Assembly: GCA_018398765.1 (NCBI GenBank)
Contig: JAHBMJ010000206.1
Location: forward strand, 1-54,171
Origin: Chromera velia
Lineage: Eukaryota
Reading direction: 5' to 3'
Length of the DNA: 54,171 nucleotides
Shown: piece after piece, positions 1-12,857 of the stretch
Position numbering within the stretch: the stretch's first letter is position 1
How the letters are laid out: each line of letters starts with the position of its first letter
Position numbers and translations under genes: made by a program
The notes under the pieces: generated by a model
The model's database searches: none
Told to the model about the DNA's origin: nothing
What the model saw: only the letters and a program-made list of their open reading frames with translations

Positions 1-269
1 GTGGGGTTGCGTGAGTGAGCGAGTGAGTGAGTGTGTGAGTGTGTGTGAGAGAGAATGTGACACTGAGTGAGTGACTGAGTGTCCGTGTTTGTGTGTACGG
101 ATTTAAATCTTGCCCCATGTACTTGCCCCAAGCTTTCCATGATTGTCATCCACTCACTCATGCAAGACGTCTGACCTTTCCCAATCAACTGTCAACCACA
201 TCATCGGCCATGTCTGACTGCGACCCCCACGCGCATGCACACATTGAATTTCTACTCTACTCCATGCAG

Positions 270-839
270 CACCCCAACGACCCTATAGTGATCCCCCAAG
301 TCGCCTCAGACCCTCCAGAGGTCGACTACGAGTGCGAGCTGGCTGTGGTAATCGGGAAAGCATGCACGAACGTTCCCGTGGAGAGGGCTCTGGAGTACGT
401 GCTCGGGTATACGTGTGCAAACGATGTGACAGCCAGGAAGTGGCAGGGCAAGCGGGGGGGGGGGCAGTGGTGTCGTTCGAAGTGTTTTGATACATTTGCT
501 CCGTTGGGGCCTGCCCTGGTGCCGGGGGGGAGTGTGGCGAATCCGAACGATCTGTCGATCTCCACAGAGTTGAACGGGAAGATTATGCAGAAGTCAACGA
601 CTGGAGATATGGTTTTCTCAGTCGCTGAGCTGATCTCCTTTCTTTCTCAGGACACAACACTGCTTCCTGGAACTGTGATTCTGACAGGCACACCTGAGGG
701 CGTGGGATTCACCCGAGACCCCCCTGTGTACCTCTCTGCTGGGGATGTGGTGACAATCAACATTGGAGGGATTGGAAGTTTGACGAATGTGGTGGTGCAG
801 GCAGATGGGGGGGCAAAGGATAACAGCAGCAAACTGTGA
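270..839 (+). CDS. Fumarylacetoacetate hydrolase (FAH/FAHD) family protein, final exon (5' exons lie before the window)
   Basis: Acceptor tccatgcag|270, then an open frame HPNDPIVIP...[13 protein letters not shown]...[16 protein letters not shown]...[16 protein letters not shown]...[17 protein letters not shown]...YLSAGDVV. These are the hallmark FAH-superfamily motifs (DYE.ELAVVIG, NDV.AR, K.FDTF.PLGP, TGTP.GVG). Stop at 837-839. Bases 1-269 look intronic (GT/GTGA repeats). Confidence 0.93.
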   Translation, partial: HPNDPIVIPQVASDPPEVDYECELAVVIGKACTNVPVERALEYVLGYTCANDVTARKWQGKRGGGQWCRSKCFDTFAPLGPALVPGGSVANPNDLSISTELNGKIMQKSTTGDMVFSVAELISFLSQDTTLLPGTVILTGTPEGVGFTRDPPVYLSAGDVVTINIGGIGSLTNVVVQADGGAKDNSSKL

Positions 840-850
840 GCAGAACAGGC

Positions 851-916
851 TGACAGGCAGACAGACCGACAGACAGACCGACAGACAGACAGGCAGACAG
901 ACAGACAGACAGAGAA

Positions 917-949
<33 letters not shown>

Positions 950-952
950 GAA

Positions 953-1016
<64 letters not shown>

Positions 1017-1017
1017 C

Positions 1018-1056
<39 letters not shown>

Positions 1057-1162
1057 GGACGGACGGACGGACGGACGGAACGACAGACAGGCAGACAGAC
1101 AGACAGACAGACAGAGAAACAGCCAGACAGACAGACAGACAGACAGACACAGACAGACAGAC

Positions 1163-1193
<31 letters not shown>

Positions 1194-1302
1194 CAGACAG
1201 ACAGACAGACAGACAGCCCGACAAACAGACAGACAGACAGACAGACGGACGGACGGACGGACGGACGGACGGAACGACAGACGGGTGGATGGACGGACAC
1301 AC
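851..1302. repeat. Compound (GACA)n/(GACG)n microsatellite just 3' of the FAH gene
   Basis: About 450 bp of GACA units with two GACG blocks. The ORFs across it (SVCL/QTDR repeats) are artefacts. Confidence 0.95.
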
Positions 1303-4300
1303 AGGCAGTCTCGGTTGGACAGCTGGCAAAGGAATGGTAGAGAGGATTCAAAAAGTGACAGAGGGAAAAGATGAAGGATGGTTTGAAGCGGCTCCATTTT
1401 CTCTCTTCGCTGCATGACTCGGACTATCATGGCTTGGTCTGAGATGGGAAGGGCATTCATGCCTACTAAAACTTTTTGTGTCTAAAGATTTTTGAAGATG
1501 CAGACTCAAAGTCGGTGAAGTGAGGGCTTATACGGAATTCAAAAGCCTGCGTTTTTTTTTTGTTTGAACCAAGCCTGGATTTTGAACAATCTCTCTACTT
1601 GAAAGAAAACAAAAAAGACAAAAAGCGGTGTTTCATTTTTGAGTCTTTTGAGAGGCACATGCATGGAGCGAGAAACTGATGCATTTCAAAAGCACTCTCT
1701 GTTGTACCCTATCACTCATTCTTCAATTGAAGCAGCACATAACAGCCTGGACCTTCGTGGTGAGCAGTAATTACAGCTCGAGGACTTTAGCTTTGGTCGG
1801 TCTGGAAGGCATAAAAGTTTGACACTGCGTTTTGGTCTTTGAGTCATCCCCCCCCCCCCCNCCCCCCTTGCATGTCTGCATGCGGTTGCATTCTGCGGTC
1901 TGGAATGTCCTGCCGCTGGGTTGTCCATGCTCCTGACAGTGACTTAGGCTTCGGTCTAAGATTTGACCCCTTACATCACTTAAATAAAATCAGCCAAGTT
2001 CTATAAATGTGCATGAAGGTTTACCTTAATTGTATGTGTTTTGTATCTATCGATGGGGTGGTATCTAGTGGTATCAAAAAAGCATGTAATCATTGTAAAG
2101 CAGCCAATTAGGCATGAGACGGTCATAGACTGTGACTAGGCCAGCACATTAAAAAAAAACTCACGATTTGATTTTTTTTTTTAATTTTAGACCAGATTCG
2201 TAAAAATATGGAAAAATTAGGATAGAGAACTAGAATTCATGATTCTGAACGTTTTCGCACTCAAAAATGAAAAAAAGATTTATCGTTTTGGTGATGTGCA
2301 CTTTCTCATTCAAAAACAAAAAAATGATATGAATAACAAAGAACAAAAAAAAAAATCTTTGTTATAGTCATATACATGCTAGTATACATGTTGTTTTATG
2401 TTGTTTATTAGGTTATTTAAGTATAAATTGTTACTTTAATTATGTAATACTAAAGTAAAGATATAGCTAGATGACAATTAACTGTTTTAAATATTTTTGG
2501 AATCTGATATGTAGAGTGTAGATTCTAACTAGTATTGCATTGTAATTTATAATGTTGGATTAAATATTTTCCAGTACATGACATTGATAAACAACTGTTA
2601 TTAAAGAATTTAATATCTATTATCTAATTATATAAAATCTTCTAAGAAGTGGTTGATAAGTAGTATGCAAGCGCATCCTAGCCTGGCGATACCGATACAG
2701 TCTGGGCCTGGCGAGCGCGGAATCTTAGTTTGGGACTAAACCGACCCAAAAACAATACCGGGTCCCAGTATGCCATTCCGGGGTAGTCCCATACAAAATT
2801 TTGAAAAATTCATATTCACGTTTTATAGGTATATACTGTGCCTGCCAGAGTGCTGGGATGCGAGTGTTTTTCAGCTGTTGCACAAAGACCATGACAAGGT
2901 TGCACAATTTAAGTTTTGCATAATTCAAAATTTAAAGTGTTGCACATGTTGTCTGCTTTGGTCGAATCAGTTAATTTGTTGAAGAAAAATGATAATAACT
3001 ACATGCATGCGGTGATTGTATTTTCTTAATTGTGCGGGACCTGGGCCGCCTGCCGTCGTGCGCGAATGCGCACGAACAAACTTGCATTAATACGCACATC
3101 GATGTTAATCTTACTATACTATACTCGCATCTGAGATGACTGCGTGGGTACCACCTGTGCAGAAATTTGTATTTTGGGACCAAATCATGTCCAAATCTTA
3201 CTAGCTTATAATTAACTAAGTAGTGATTTGTGCGCACATAGTTGCCATTCGGGCCCAACTGGAAGGGACATATAAAAATTTCTCTATACATAAGCCGGCC
3301 CCCACAATTACTCTGAAGCTTTTTAAACATCATTTTCCTTCGAAACTCAAGTTCACTTTACTTCACTTAAGTTGTACAAATCAATCTGCATACTGCATGG
3401 CAATTGTTGAATGAATGGTTGGCGGGTTCCCCGTCTCTCTGAGTAATAATGTCGTATATAGTGTTGCAAAAGAGGAGCGTGCATAAAAAGGCATCCCGAC
3501 ATGCGCCGCTCACGACGCCTCGAAAGAGAAGAACTTTTGTATGTGTCCCTCTTTCGCGACAACGGGAGTACCCACCACAACAACATCGGCGCGCAGCGCG
3601 CGCCCACTCTCGATGTACAAAAACGTATACAGCTTTATCTATAATTAATATATATTAATATAATAGAGCATGCATTCAATCATGCAGTTAATGTACGTGT
3701 ACACGTATACGTATCATTCGATCCGCTTCAAGTTCTGTACCAAGGAAGCGTATACGTCTGTATGAACACACGCATAGCACTCGATGTTTATTTAGACACT
3801 ACGCCGACAGCCGACGGAGCTTTTGTCACGTCCGCCATTTGTGGTCCTTTCTCCTCTTGGAAGGAAGTTTGTTGATGAGCGCACGTCTGAGAGAAGACCG
3901 GTAGCCCTCACAGATGATCATGAAGAGGCTCGATCGATCCGCAGGGAAAGGGGACAGTGTCTGATCATTCCCCTATTGGCATCATTCGGTCACCTTCTCA
4001 TACTGCGGCTGGAAGGATCGGCATGAAAGGGGTCAGTGCACTGTGCTTTCTGTTTAGGTCGAGAGACAGTTCCACTGTCTGCAAGAATGCTGTCGATCGT
4101 TGTCCTACTGCAGACGTGCAATCCCCTGGCAACCTACGCATGGCATCTGTGTGTCAGACTGTATTATCCACGTGACCTTGAGTGCGAACTTGCTTCCGCT
4201 GTACTTGTGGAGAAGGATCGATGGTCCCAATGCAAAAGTATTTTCATGGAGCACTCAGAGTGTTTTCAGACTGATTGAACCAAACGCATGCATGCATCCC

Positions 4301-4368
4301 TTCCCTGTGTGTGATACCAGCAGGCCAGTGGACAAAGGCGGAGAGACCAGTTTGGACAGTCATCATCA

Positions 4369-7300
4369 ATGGGAAAAGAGAGGGAAAGGGAGAGAGATCC
4401 GGGGGCCTCGCGAAGACAGAGAGGGCCTTCACGGGAGAGAAGTGTTTCGCCTTCCATGTATGCCTCTGAGGCTGCCCAGTCTGTCTATGCGAATGCGAGC
4501 AGGGACAGAGAAAGAGAGAGGGGTCGAGAGAGGACGAGTACTTCGTCTTCTAGGAACATGAGAGAAAGGACGGGACCCAAGGAAAGGGAGCAGGCGTCAC
4601 CCTACAGATCTCCCCAGGCCGCGCCCCCATCTAAAGGTCTCTACTCGAAGCTTCTCTCTGCCTCTTCCAACAACGTCCATAAACCGAAGAAAAAACCAAC
4701 AAACTCCCATTTGAACTCATCCCAGCACTCTGCCAGCACACCCTCTCTCTCTTGTGTAGAGTGTGTGAAGGAGAAAATCAAGCACAAAGTTCTGAACCTC
4801 TTAGACCAAGAGTATCAAAAATCGAACGACGATCACATACGCGAGTTCTCTTCAAATGTCGCACAGCTTTTTGAAGAGAAACCTGTCCTTGCCTCAAGAG
4901 CAAACACATCAGATTCAAAGAGCCGAACAACTCATTCAGGCAGAGACCCCGAAAAGCTATCCAGACACCCCACCAGAGAGAGGGACACAAGGCCAGGCCC
5001 AACAAAGCATGCAGGGGGGGGGCCCAGATCGAGGCCTAACACTTCACCGGACCACTCAGGGGGCATGCCGAGGCCCCCTCTTCCCCCTTCTTCTCAGGCT
5101 CTCCCCCGCCCTGAGACCCGTGCGGGGGGTCCGTCTCGGAGGGAAAGGGCAGACGCGCTGCGGAGCCAGTGGGCTGCCCAGACAGGCACTCGGGCTGTTC
5201 CCCTTCCAGTTCGACAACCCGCACCCAGTCCCCCAAGCAGTCACTTTCCAGACCATCACTACGTCCAGTCCTCCTCAGTAGCCTCTCCTGGCTTCGCTCC
5301 CTCTCCTGCAGCCCCTGGGAGTGCTTGGGGAGTCACAAGCGCCTCCACACCTCCAAGTGGGGGGCCCAGTTTCAGTGGCCCCATCAGACCGGGGTGGGAG
5401 TTTGTAGAGCAGTACGTGGAGGCCCCCACCGCCACAGAGCCACGAGGGGGCCCCGGCAGAGGAAGTGCTGGTGCCTCACTTCCCCCTGTCGTGCCTCCTC
5501 CGGCTCCTTTGAAGAGAGCCCCTCCCCCCTGCAGTCCCTTTTCAAGTCCCGCCCCTGTGGCGTCCCGTGAAAGAGAACCTGTGAGCCAAACGGGAGGATC
5601 CAACCGGAGAGTTCTGCACTGGAGAGAGGGCAGGGCAGATTCTGCACACGCAGCAGGATGTCCGGACTGTGCAAGAGAAAAGGAGGAGGCAGACAAGGAG
5701 AAGCAAAAAGAGAACCCCGCAAACCAATCCCATCCATGGCAACTGAAGTCTGCTTCCTGTCGGGAGTGCGACAAGGAGGAAGTCCAATTCAAGAGGAGAG
5801 AGCCGCCTGCAGCAGCACAACAAACCCCGTGCCTGTGTCTCCATCACCCCACACTACCCAATCAAGGAGGCCTGCCTCCCTCCTACACAGACATCAAACG
5901 TCCAGAGCCAATCCCAACCCCCCCACCCCCCTGTCCCTGCTGCCAGCCCCCTCGGTTTGTTCACAGAATAGATAGAGAGCCCGCAGTACCGTTCTGCGAC
6001 CCATGCGACGAGGCGTCGTGTCCAGTCCCTGAGGGGCACTTGTGCAGTAAAAAGCCCTACCTCCCTCTCCCTGAGGGCATCCACCCTGTGAAGGGAACCT
6101 TCAAAGGCCCGGTCTCCATACAGGAGATGGCTTTGAAGCTGGGACTTCACGAAGAGCAGCGCACGGAGCGTGCAATGATTGCAGCTCCTGACCGAGCTAA
6201 ACAAGCAGGGGACCTCCCGGCTGTCTTGCTGCGACACCTACAAGCTCTCAAGCAGGAGGAGGGGGGAGGTTGCCCTGAGTTAAATCATCCAATTCGAAAT
6301 CAGGAGTTTCTCACAGTCGGGACTGCGAATGCTCAGTTGACTCCCTTTGTTTCTTTCGGTCACCCATACGATGTTCCTCGACCGAAATCGCCTGCTGAGA
6401 AACATTACGAAGAGACCGCTATGTGGAGACTCAATAACCCTTCAGTCACTCAGCGTGACTCCATCTTAGAGCAGCCACAATTGCAGAACCCCCCACCCCC
6501 TCAAGGCACTCAGGAGGGGGGTGAGCAAAGTACAGCAAACCAGAGCTCATGTCCCCCTCAACCCGCACAGAGAACTTTCACCTCACAACCCGGGACCGCC
6601 ACTTCGTATGTAAGGACAACAGCAGCGCCCTCCTCCTCCTCCAAGAATCCACCCGCCCCCGTTGCTCACTATACAGTTGCTGTATTTGACAGCAAAGAGC
6701 GGCAAGCGTTTGCACGAAAGTCGATGACGTCAATCAAGAAGACCTCAGGTTCCCTACCCTCCTCAGTCAATGATACCCCCGGAGGATTCGAGAGAGAGAC
6801 AGGTGCCGCTCTCTCTCTCATGCCTCCTCCTCCCGCCTGTTGCCCTGCCGATGCTGTGGAGCCCCAACGACCCAAGGGTCTCTTTCCGGACACTTATATC
6901 TCCCCGTTCTCTCACACAGACGCGGGGGCAGTTCTAGGGACGTTCTCGACCCGCCCTGAGAACAGGCACATTGCCACTTGGGATGGGGTGGACCGATTTG
7001 TGTTGGACAAGAGAGGAAGAATGGGCCCCCTTCTAGTCCCGCAAGGCAGTCATGGGTCCTCCTTACCTCCGAACGTCTCCATGTCCACCACGCAAGGGGG
7101 GGCCCTTGGGAGACCCACCCCTCGTTCGCTGATAGGACCTGACGCAAGCAGAAGGCCAGAGCCTGCTCAGGATGGCATCGCGATTTTCGATTCTCGCGCT
7201 ATGCGCATGTTAATAAAGGAGCAAGAGGACCGGACGCGGGAGGACAGGACGAAGCCTGAAGTTTCGTTCTTTCAGAAGGCCCTCCGTTTGCCTTCTAATG

Positions 7301-7551
7301 CACAGACGGCCAAGGTCCAAACAGTCCAGCCTGTGGGGGGGCTGGTCAAAGGGAAGTCGTCATTGGGCATCGGCATGGAGGCAGGGGGAGATAGAGGGGG
7401 AGAGGCACTGCAAGAAGAAAATAGAAAGGATGAAAAGGAGCCGACAAAACCAAAAATGCAGCCACAGGAAGTGTTTCAGAGAAGCAACACCAATACTCCT
7501 GCTAAATCCTGGTTCCGCAGTTTATTTGGCCTGGATGGAAGAGAAGGATGA
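4369..7551 (+). CDS. Hypothetical 1060-aa intronless Pro/Ser/Arg-rich, largely disordered protein with several CxxC motifs
   Basis: 3.18-kb uninterrupted ORF with coding-like GC content, flanked by AT-rich or regulatory-looking DNA. No recognisable domain. The start codon is not proven. Confidence 0.8.
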   Translation: MGKERERERDPGASRRQRGPSRERSVSPSMYASEAAQSVYANASRDRERERGRERTSTSSSRNMRERTGPKEREQASPYRSPQAAPPSKGLYSKLLSASSNNVHKPKKKPTNSHLNSSQHSASTPSLSCVECVKEKIKHKVLNLLDQEYQKSNDDHIREFSSNVAQLFEEKPVLASRANTSDSKSRTTHSGRDPEKLSRHPTRERDTRPGPTKHAGGGPRSRPNTSPDHSGGMPRPPLPPSSQALPRPETRAGGPSRRERADALRSQWAAQTGTRAVPLPVRQPAPSPPSSHFPDHHYVQSSSVASPGFAPSPAAPGSAWGVTSASTPPSGGPSFSGPIRPGWEFVEQYVEAPTATEPRGGPGRGSAGASLPPVVPPPAPLKRAPPPCSPFSSPAPVASREREPVSQTGGSNRRVLHWREGRADSAHAAGCPDCAREKEEADKEKQKENPANQSHPWQLKSASCRECDKEEVQFKRREPPAAAQQTPCLCLHHPTLPNQGGLPPSYTDIKRPEPIPTPPPPCPCCQPPRFVHRIDREPAVPFCDPCDEASCPVPEGHLCSKKPYLPLPEGIHPVKGTFKGPVSIQEMALKLGLHEEQRTERAMIAAPDRAKQAGDLPAVLLRHLQALKQEEGGGCPELNHPIRNQEFLTVGTANAQLTPFVSFGHPYDVPRPKSPAEKHYEETAMWRLNNPSVTQRDSILEQPQLQNPPPPQGTQEGGEQSTANQSSCPPQPAQRTFTSQPGTATSYVRTTAAPSSSSKNPPAPVAHYTVAVFDSKERQAFARKSMTSIKKTSGSLPSSVNDTPGGFERETGAALSLMPPPPACCPADAVEPQRPKGLFPDTYISPFSHTDAGAVLGTFSTRPENRHIATWDGVDRFVLDKRGRMGPLLVPQGSHGSSLPPNVSMSTTQGGALGRPTPRSLIGPDASRRPEPAQDGIAIFDSRAMRMLIKEQEDRTREDRTKPEVSFFQKALRLPSNAQTAKVQTVQPVGGLVKGKSSLGIGMEAGGDRGGEALQEENRKDEKEPTKPKMQPQEVFQRSNTNTPAKSWFRSLFGLDGREG

Positions 7552-8602
7552 ATGAATAAATGATTGAAATCCCTTTAGGCCGCAGTGAAAAAAGAGATGG
7601 ATCAGAAGGGAGTTAAGTTGTACCAGTGGTGAAGAGGAAGGTCAAAAGGATCAAGACAGGAACACCTTTACGAGCACTTTTAATGAAGAAACGTGGTCCA
7701 GCGCTTATGCAACTGCCCACATGTATTGAGGTCACCTCTATAGGGTCACCTTCTATTCCTCCTGTCTGTAGCTCATGTACAATGACTACGAATGATTAAA
7801 TAAGAGGCCAAGGCAACACTTCACCCTTAGTAGACCTCACCACTTGCATATTTATTGCTATCTGACAACTGTGCAAACAACTGTGGTTTATCAATCTCCA
7901 GCCCACTCTCTTATGCTCTTTCCAAGTCTTTGCTAAATTTTCAAGTTGATAGCTATGTTACTATACTAGTCTATTACTAGTCTAATACTAGACTTAGTAG
8001 TAAGGCTCAAGGTATAAATCTACATTCAAAAAAAAAACATTTATTCCTACAAGTTAGTAAGGCTACAACCATTTTTATGAGTTACTAGTATCTAGATGCC
8101 AGTTAGTTATAGGCCAAATTTTGATAGTTATCATCATCTCTCATTAAAATAATTTAATTAAAACTAATGATTTTATTATAATCATTATTTGAGTTATCAC
8201 AATCCAACATTTGTGCAACACTCAGGCTTACAATACATAGTACGTACTAGAGTACGTATTGTAACTTCTAAACTGTCACTAGTCTGTCAGACTAAACAAC
8301 ACTGTCATGGTGACCTCTATAAGACAAAACGGCGACAGTGCTCAAAAGTACCAATACTAGTAAATTACTTAATTATCACTTCAAAGTTAAGTTATCACTT
8401 ATAGTATAGTTGGTAAATAAAAAGAAATAACTTGAAAAGACTGGCCAAGGTTTGGATAGTTATAGTATTAATTATTATCTTTTTTAATTCTCTAGTTAAT
8501 TCTACTGCTAAATGTTTATAAGAAATAAGTAATAGTTAAGAAACATTAGATTCAGTTGTTTGAAAAAGCGTGATAAATCTATATCGTAACTAATCGCAAC
8601 CC

Positions 8603-8637
8603 ATATATATATATATATCTATATATATATATATATA
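8603..8637. repeat. (TA)n microsatellite
   Basis: atatatatatatatatctatatatatatatatata inside an AT-rich intergenic island. Confidence 0.9.
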
Positions 8638-10427
8638 AGAGCGTCAAAAAGCCTAGGAAAAAACACTAAGACGTTATACAAACACGATAATAATATGTCA
8701 CAATTGCAGTGACGATTGCTAAGATGATTGATGATTTCAGATCGAGTATGTCACTCATTAAAACTGAAGCTGTTTAAAGCTGTTTTTGAACCTTTCAACC
8801 CGACTTAGCTTCATCACTTCAAAGTGAACCTTGAACCTTCACTCAATCTAGCAAACCTTGATCAAACCTTTTCTCATTGGCCTCAGAGACAGATTTGATT
8901 GCACATGCTCACCCGGATGCTGAATGAACATGGGATGAGTCTCGAGTGAGAGAAGGATCCTTATTTATTATAATCGATCGAAAATCCACTTACTAACCAT
9001 TTGATCCAGGTCTTTCTTCAGTGTTCCACTCACAAAGACCAAAGAACGCCGTAAGGAGAGGCAGGAGAGCGAAGACCACCAGAACGCCCAGTAGCACCCT
9101 CGAACTGATCACGCAGGTGTGCATACAAATGCACACACACAGGCAGGCACACACTGGGTCCTGCTTGCCTGTCTGATTTCTTCTTTCCCTTCTCCCTTAA
9201 GTTCCTTTGCCTACTGACAAGAGTCAACAAGGCAAACCAACAAGGGTGCTCTCTTCTGCCCTCCCTTTTTTTCTTCTTTGTTTGTCTGTCTGACTTCTGG
9301 ACACATCCTTTGTTGGCGTGAGGGAGCAGCGAAAAACAATTTGAAAGAATTGGAAACATGTGTTTCAATACATGCAGACGACTTCACGGAGACGTTCTTT
9401 CTCTCTTTTATGTTTTCCCTCTTTCTGTCGTTTTTTGTCCTTTCTTTTCCGCTTTTTGGTCGCCTTCACTCGCGAAGGCCAGGCGGCAAGCGACAGAAGA
9501 GATCGACAGCTGGGAGAAACTCGGAGGAAATCAACTAAAGTCTCTTCCTTCCATCCTTCCCTTGCCAGCGACCCTGCAGGCCCTTCTATTTCTTCGGCTT
9601 TCCCTTTGGGAATTTCCCTTTGGGAAACCGTTCGTTGTTTTTCGTATCCATGACGCCGACTTGGCTCACATGGACCACATAAGAAAAGGCAAACGAGACT
9701 GAGAGGAATTTCCGTCTGCCGCTATTCTTCTATCTCTGCCTTTAATTAGTTCACGCTTTCCTCATCCTAGCAGAGATTTCCCCTGCATGTGTCTCGATCG
9801 TTCTTAGGTGAATTCTCTTCTTAAAAAATTCTAATGCAGAGGCAGAGACGGCCCATGCACAATTAATGTTCTTTCGCTCTGCTTCGGAAGGAATACATCA
9901 AAATTTGCCTCTCACCGAGTCTTCTTTCTACGTCTTTTCTTCTTTGTGTTCAACTCTTATTCTTGTCACAATCCGTCTCTTTTCTTTCTCTTCTCTTTTG
10001 TGCCTTGAGTTCCTACAGGAATCTCACGGGAAGAGGAAAGGTGAAGGTTCTCCTTTTTGGTTGAAAAATCGGTCAGAAGAGAAAGACGCCAGACGGGGGG
10101 GGCAACAAACAGCGTACACAGACTGCATGCCGGCCTGACTTACCAATTTCCCGCTCTCCCGTTGAGTCTGCCCCCCCACTCGCATAGGAAAAAAAAAACT
10201 GTCATGCATCGGCGGTGCAGAAAGCTACGGGACCCACTCCCGCCACTGAACAAACATGTGCAGAAACAGTAATGCACCACCCTTGCACTGTCACGGAATC
10301 TACCCGTGAAGCAGACGGCAGCACTGGCCGTCCTGTTCGGCTCTCTGTCTTTGTCTTTGTCTCCCCCCTTGTCTGCAAGTTGTTGTGCGGGAGAGTAGGG
10401 GTCTAGAGAGTCTCGACGTGGGGCCAC

Positions 10428-10489
<62 letters not shown>

Positions 10490-10548
10490 ACACACAGAGA
10501 TACACAAACACACACATACATACAGAGAGAGACACACACACACACACA

Positions 10549-10625
<77 letters not shown>

Positions 10626-10666
10626 GCAGAGAGAGAGACAGAAAGACACACACACATATACAGAGA

Positions 10667-10713
<47 letters not shown>
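10428..10713. repeat. Compound (AG)n/(AC)n microsatellite
   Basis: Alternating GA and CA runs visible directly. Confidence 0.95.
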
Positions 10714-10717
<4 letters not shown>

Positions 10718-10857
10718 TTCTTCCTTTCGTTCTTTCTTTTTTACATTCAGTCAGAAGACATTGAAGGCCCCTTCCCCAGTCTGTCCTACAGAAGAAGCGA
10801 CAGACGGAAGGGAAGGGAAAGCAACGGAAAGACGCGTAGGAAGAGAGGGGGGGGTGA

Positions 10858-11278
10858 AGATCAACGAGTGGAACTTTTCAACGGGCACTCATTGCTCAAA
10901 ACTCAGACACGCAAGCACTCATCTGCATGGAGCAGCAGGAAATCGAACTTTCCCATCATATGTTTTTCCTCCTTCACACACAGCCAGAGACGAGCCTGAC
11001 CAGAGGCCATCCATCAGTCAGTCAGTCTGTCAGAATACATGGAGGGCTGACTGGCCTGGCTGTCCGACAGAAGAAGCGAGAGAGGAAAGGGAAGGGAAGG
11101 GAAAGCAAGGGAAAGATGCGTGCCCAGAGAATTCAAGCAGACAGGCAGGCAGTCGCAGGAGAGGAGGGACAGACGACCAGTCAACCGATCCCCTTCAGAA
11201 GTCTTCCTGACCGCTCACGCCGCCTCCTTTCATATCTGCAGAGCTGGTGTTCTCCTTCCCTCCGACCTTCCGCCCCAC
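10858..11278 (+). repeat. ~420-bp direct repeat, copy 1
   Basis: agatcaacgagtggaacttttcaacgg...gctggtgttctccttccctccg recurs at 12858-13327 with scattered substitutions and two small insertions. Confidence 0.9.
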
Positions 11279-12857
11279 AACTCTTTCATTGAGCCATTTT
11301 GCGTTTGTTGGTTTTGTTGTTTCCCTTCCCCCCCCCTACCTCCTACCTCCTTCAATCACCCCCCAGCGCTCTCTCTGCCGGAGACTCGACCAGACCAAAA
11401 ACCTCCAACCGAACTTGCAATCTCGCCAAGAAACCATTTCACACAACAGATAGAGGACGGCAGACAGAGATGCAGGGCAGAAGAGAGAGGAGAAATCAAA
11501 GAATAAATGTACGGTTTTCATTCAGTCCAGCTGCGCTGCATCAATTTTCTCTCCTCACTTCACGGCATACAATCGAATAAATGAATCCCTTTCGTAAGAA
11601 AAAGACAAAAAAGAAACGAGTGAATGGGGTAAAGAGTTCACTCCCTCATTCACTAGCCATTCCAACTACCCCGCTGCGAGGGAGAGAAGGCGGTGTGGGG
11701 GGGCGTGCGCGAGAGAAGAAAAGAAAAGAAATAAGGGACCCAGCAAACACCCACCCGTGCAGCATCAGCCCCAATCTGAGCACGCGAATTCGCAGGCACA
11801 GGCACGAACGTTTATTTGTGCGAAAGCAGACTGCATGCACAGGCGCGTTCTCTCTGTTTGCCTTTCCCGTAACTTTCTTTCGCCTCGGTCTTCTCCTGTC
11901 CACCCACCCACTCTATGCATCAAGGCAAGCCAGTAACGGGCACGGTTCTCCTGTCCCTCCGGCTGTTTCTTGTTTGTTCCCTTCCCTTCCGTCTCATCCA
12001 CACACCGACCGTGTCTGTGCATGGAGGGAGGGAGGGAGGGAAAGGAGACGTGTGAAGAGGGCCACCCACGCAAAAGAAGACTTGAAATGAATGGCCTGCA
12101 GGGAGGGCCCAAGCAGGAAAAGGAAAAGGGGGATGTCCTCCAGAGGACGACCTCGCATCCAGCCCCCTCTCCCCTCTCTCGCATTCATTCGCTTGTCTCA
12201 TCTTCCCAGGCGAAGGGAGGCCACCAACTGAAGAGATGAGCGAATAAACTCTGCTCCCCTTTTCTTCAGCCCCCCCGCCACCCTTCCTTTCCGACCTCTT
12301 TCCTCCTTAAATACTGGTCGTGTACAGACGACGCAAAGAAAAAAGGGAGAGGGCAGAAAGAATCACAGGATTCACCAGAAACCGGAATATTCCTCTTTGA
12401 TTCCCTTCAAGCGATCCTTAATCTGCCTGCGTTTCTTGGACTGCCTACATTCAACTCTTCAATTCTATTTGGTGACAGCTCTCTTCGATTGTCGTTTTGC
12501 TCTGTCTGTCTGTTTGTGGCTCTCAACCGATTGCACCCACCGACAGGAGAAGGAGAAAAAAAGGACCTCTTGCGATCCCCTTCGTCTCCTCTCTCTCGCA
12601 GAACGGCGGAGTCACCGTGCCACTCCCGAGCCTACGCTGGCCTGGTGCGTAAAAAAATGTGTTTTGTCTTTCCATTTGTTGAATGAATCTTCTTTCTCAC
12701 CTTGTCCTATCGTTTCCCGCGTATAACAAGCAAAGCCAAGCAGCGACAAGGACGAGACGCATTCAAAAAAAAAAGGGTAAAAAGGGAAAAGCGGATTTGA
12801 CTTGCTTTCTTGCCTCGTTCTCGACCCTTTATGGATACGTGAACGGCACTGTCAGTC

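Noticed and set aside
93..269. N-terminal extension of the FAH ORF
   Set aside because: Lies upstream of a good acceptor at 269 and has no FAH-like residues; probably intron.
618..1460. Several long ORFs (SVCL/QTDR repeats)
   Set aside because: Translations of the (GACA)n microsatellite.
1631..2272. 14-bp inverted match tttcatttttgagt / actcaaaaatgaaa
   Set aside because: AT-rich, no TSD and no further extension; likely chance.
8618..8660. A|TCTATATA... resembling a Helitron 5' end
   Set aside because: Embedded in a (TA)n run, with no matching CTRR|T end or hairpin nearby.
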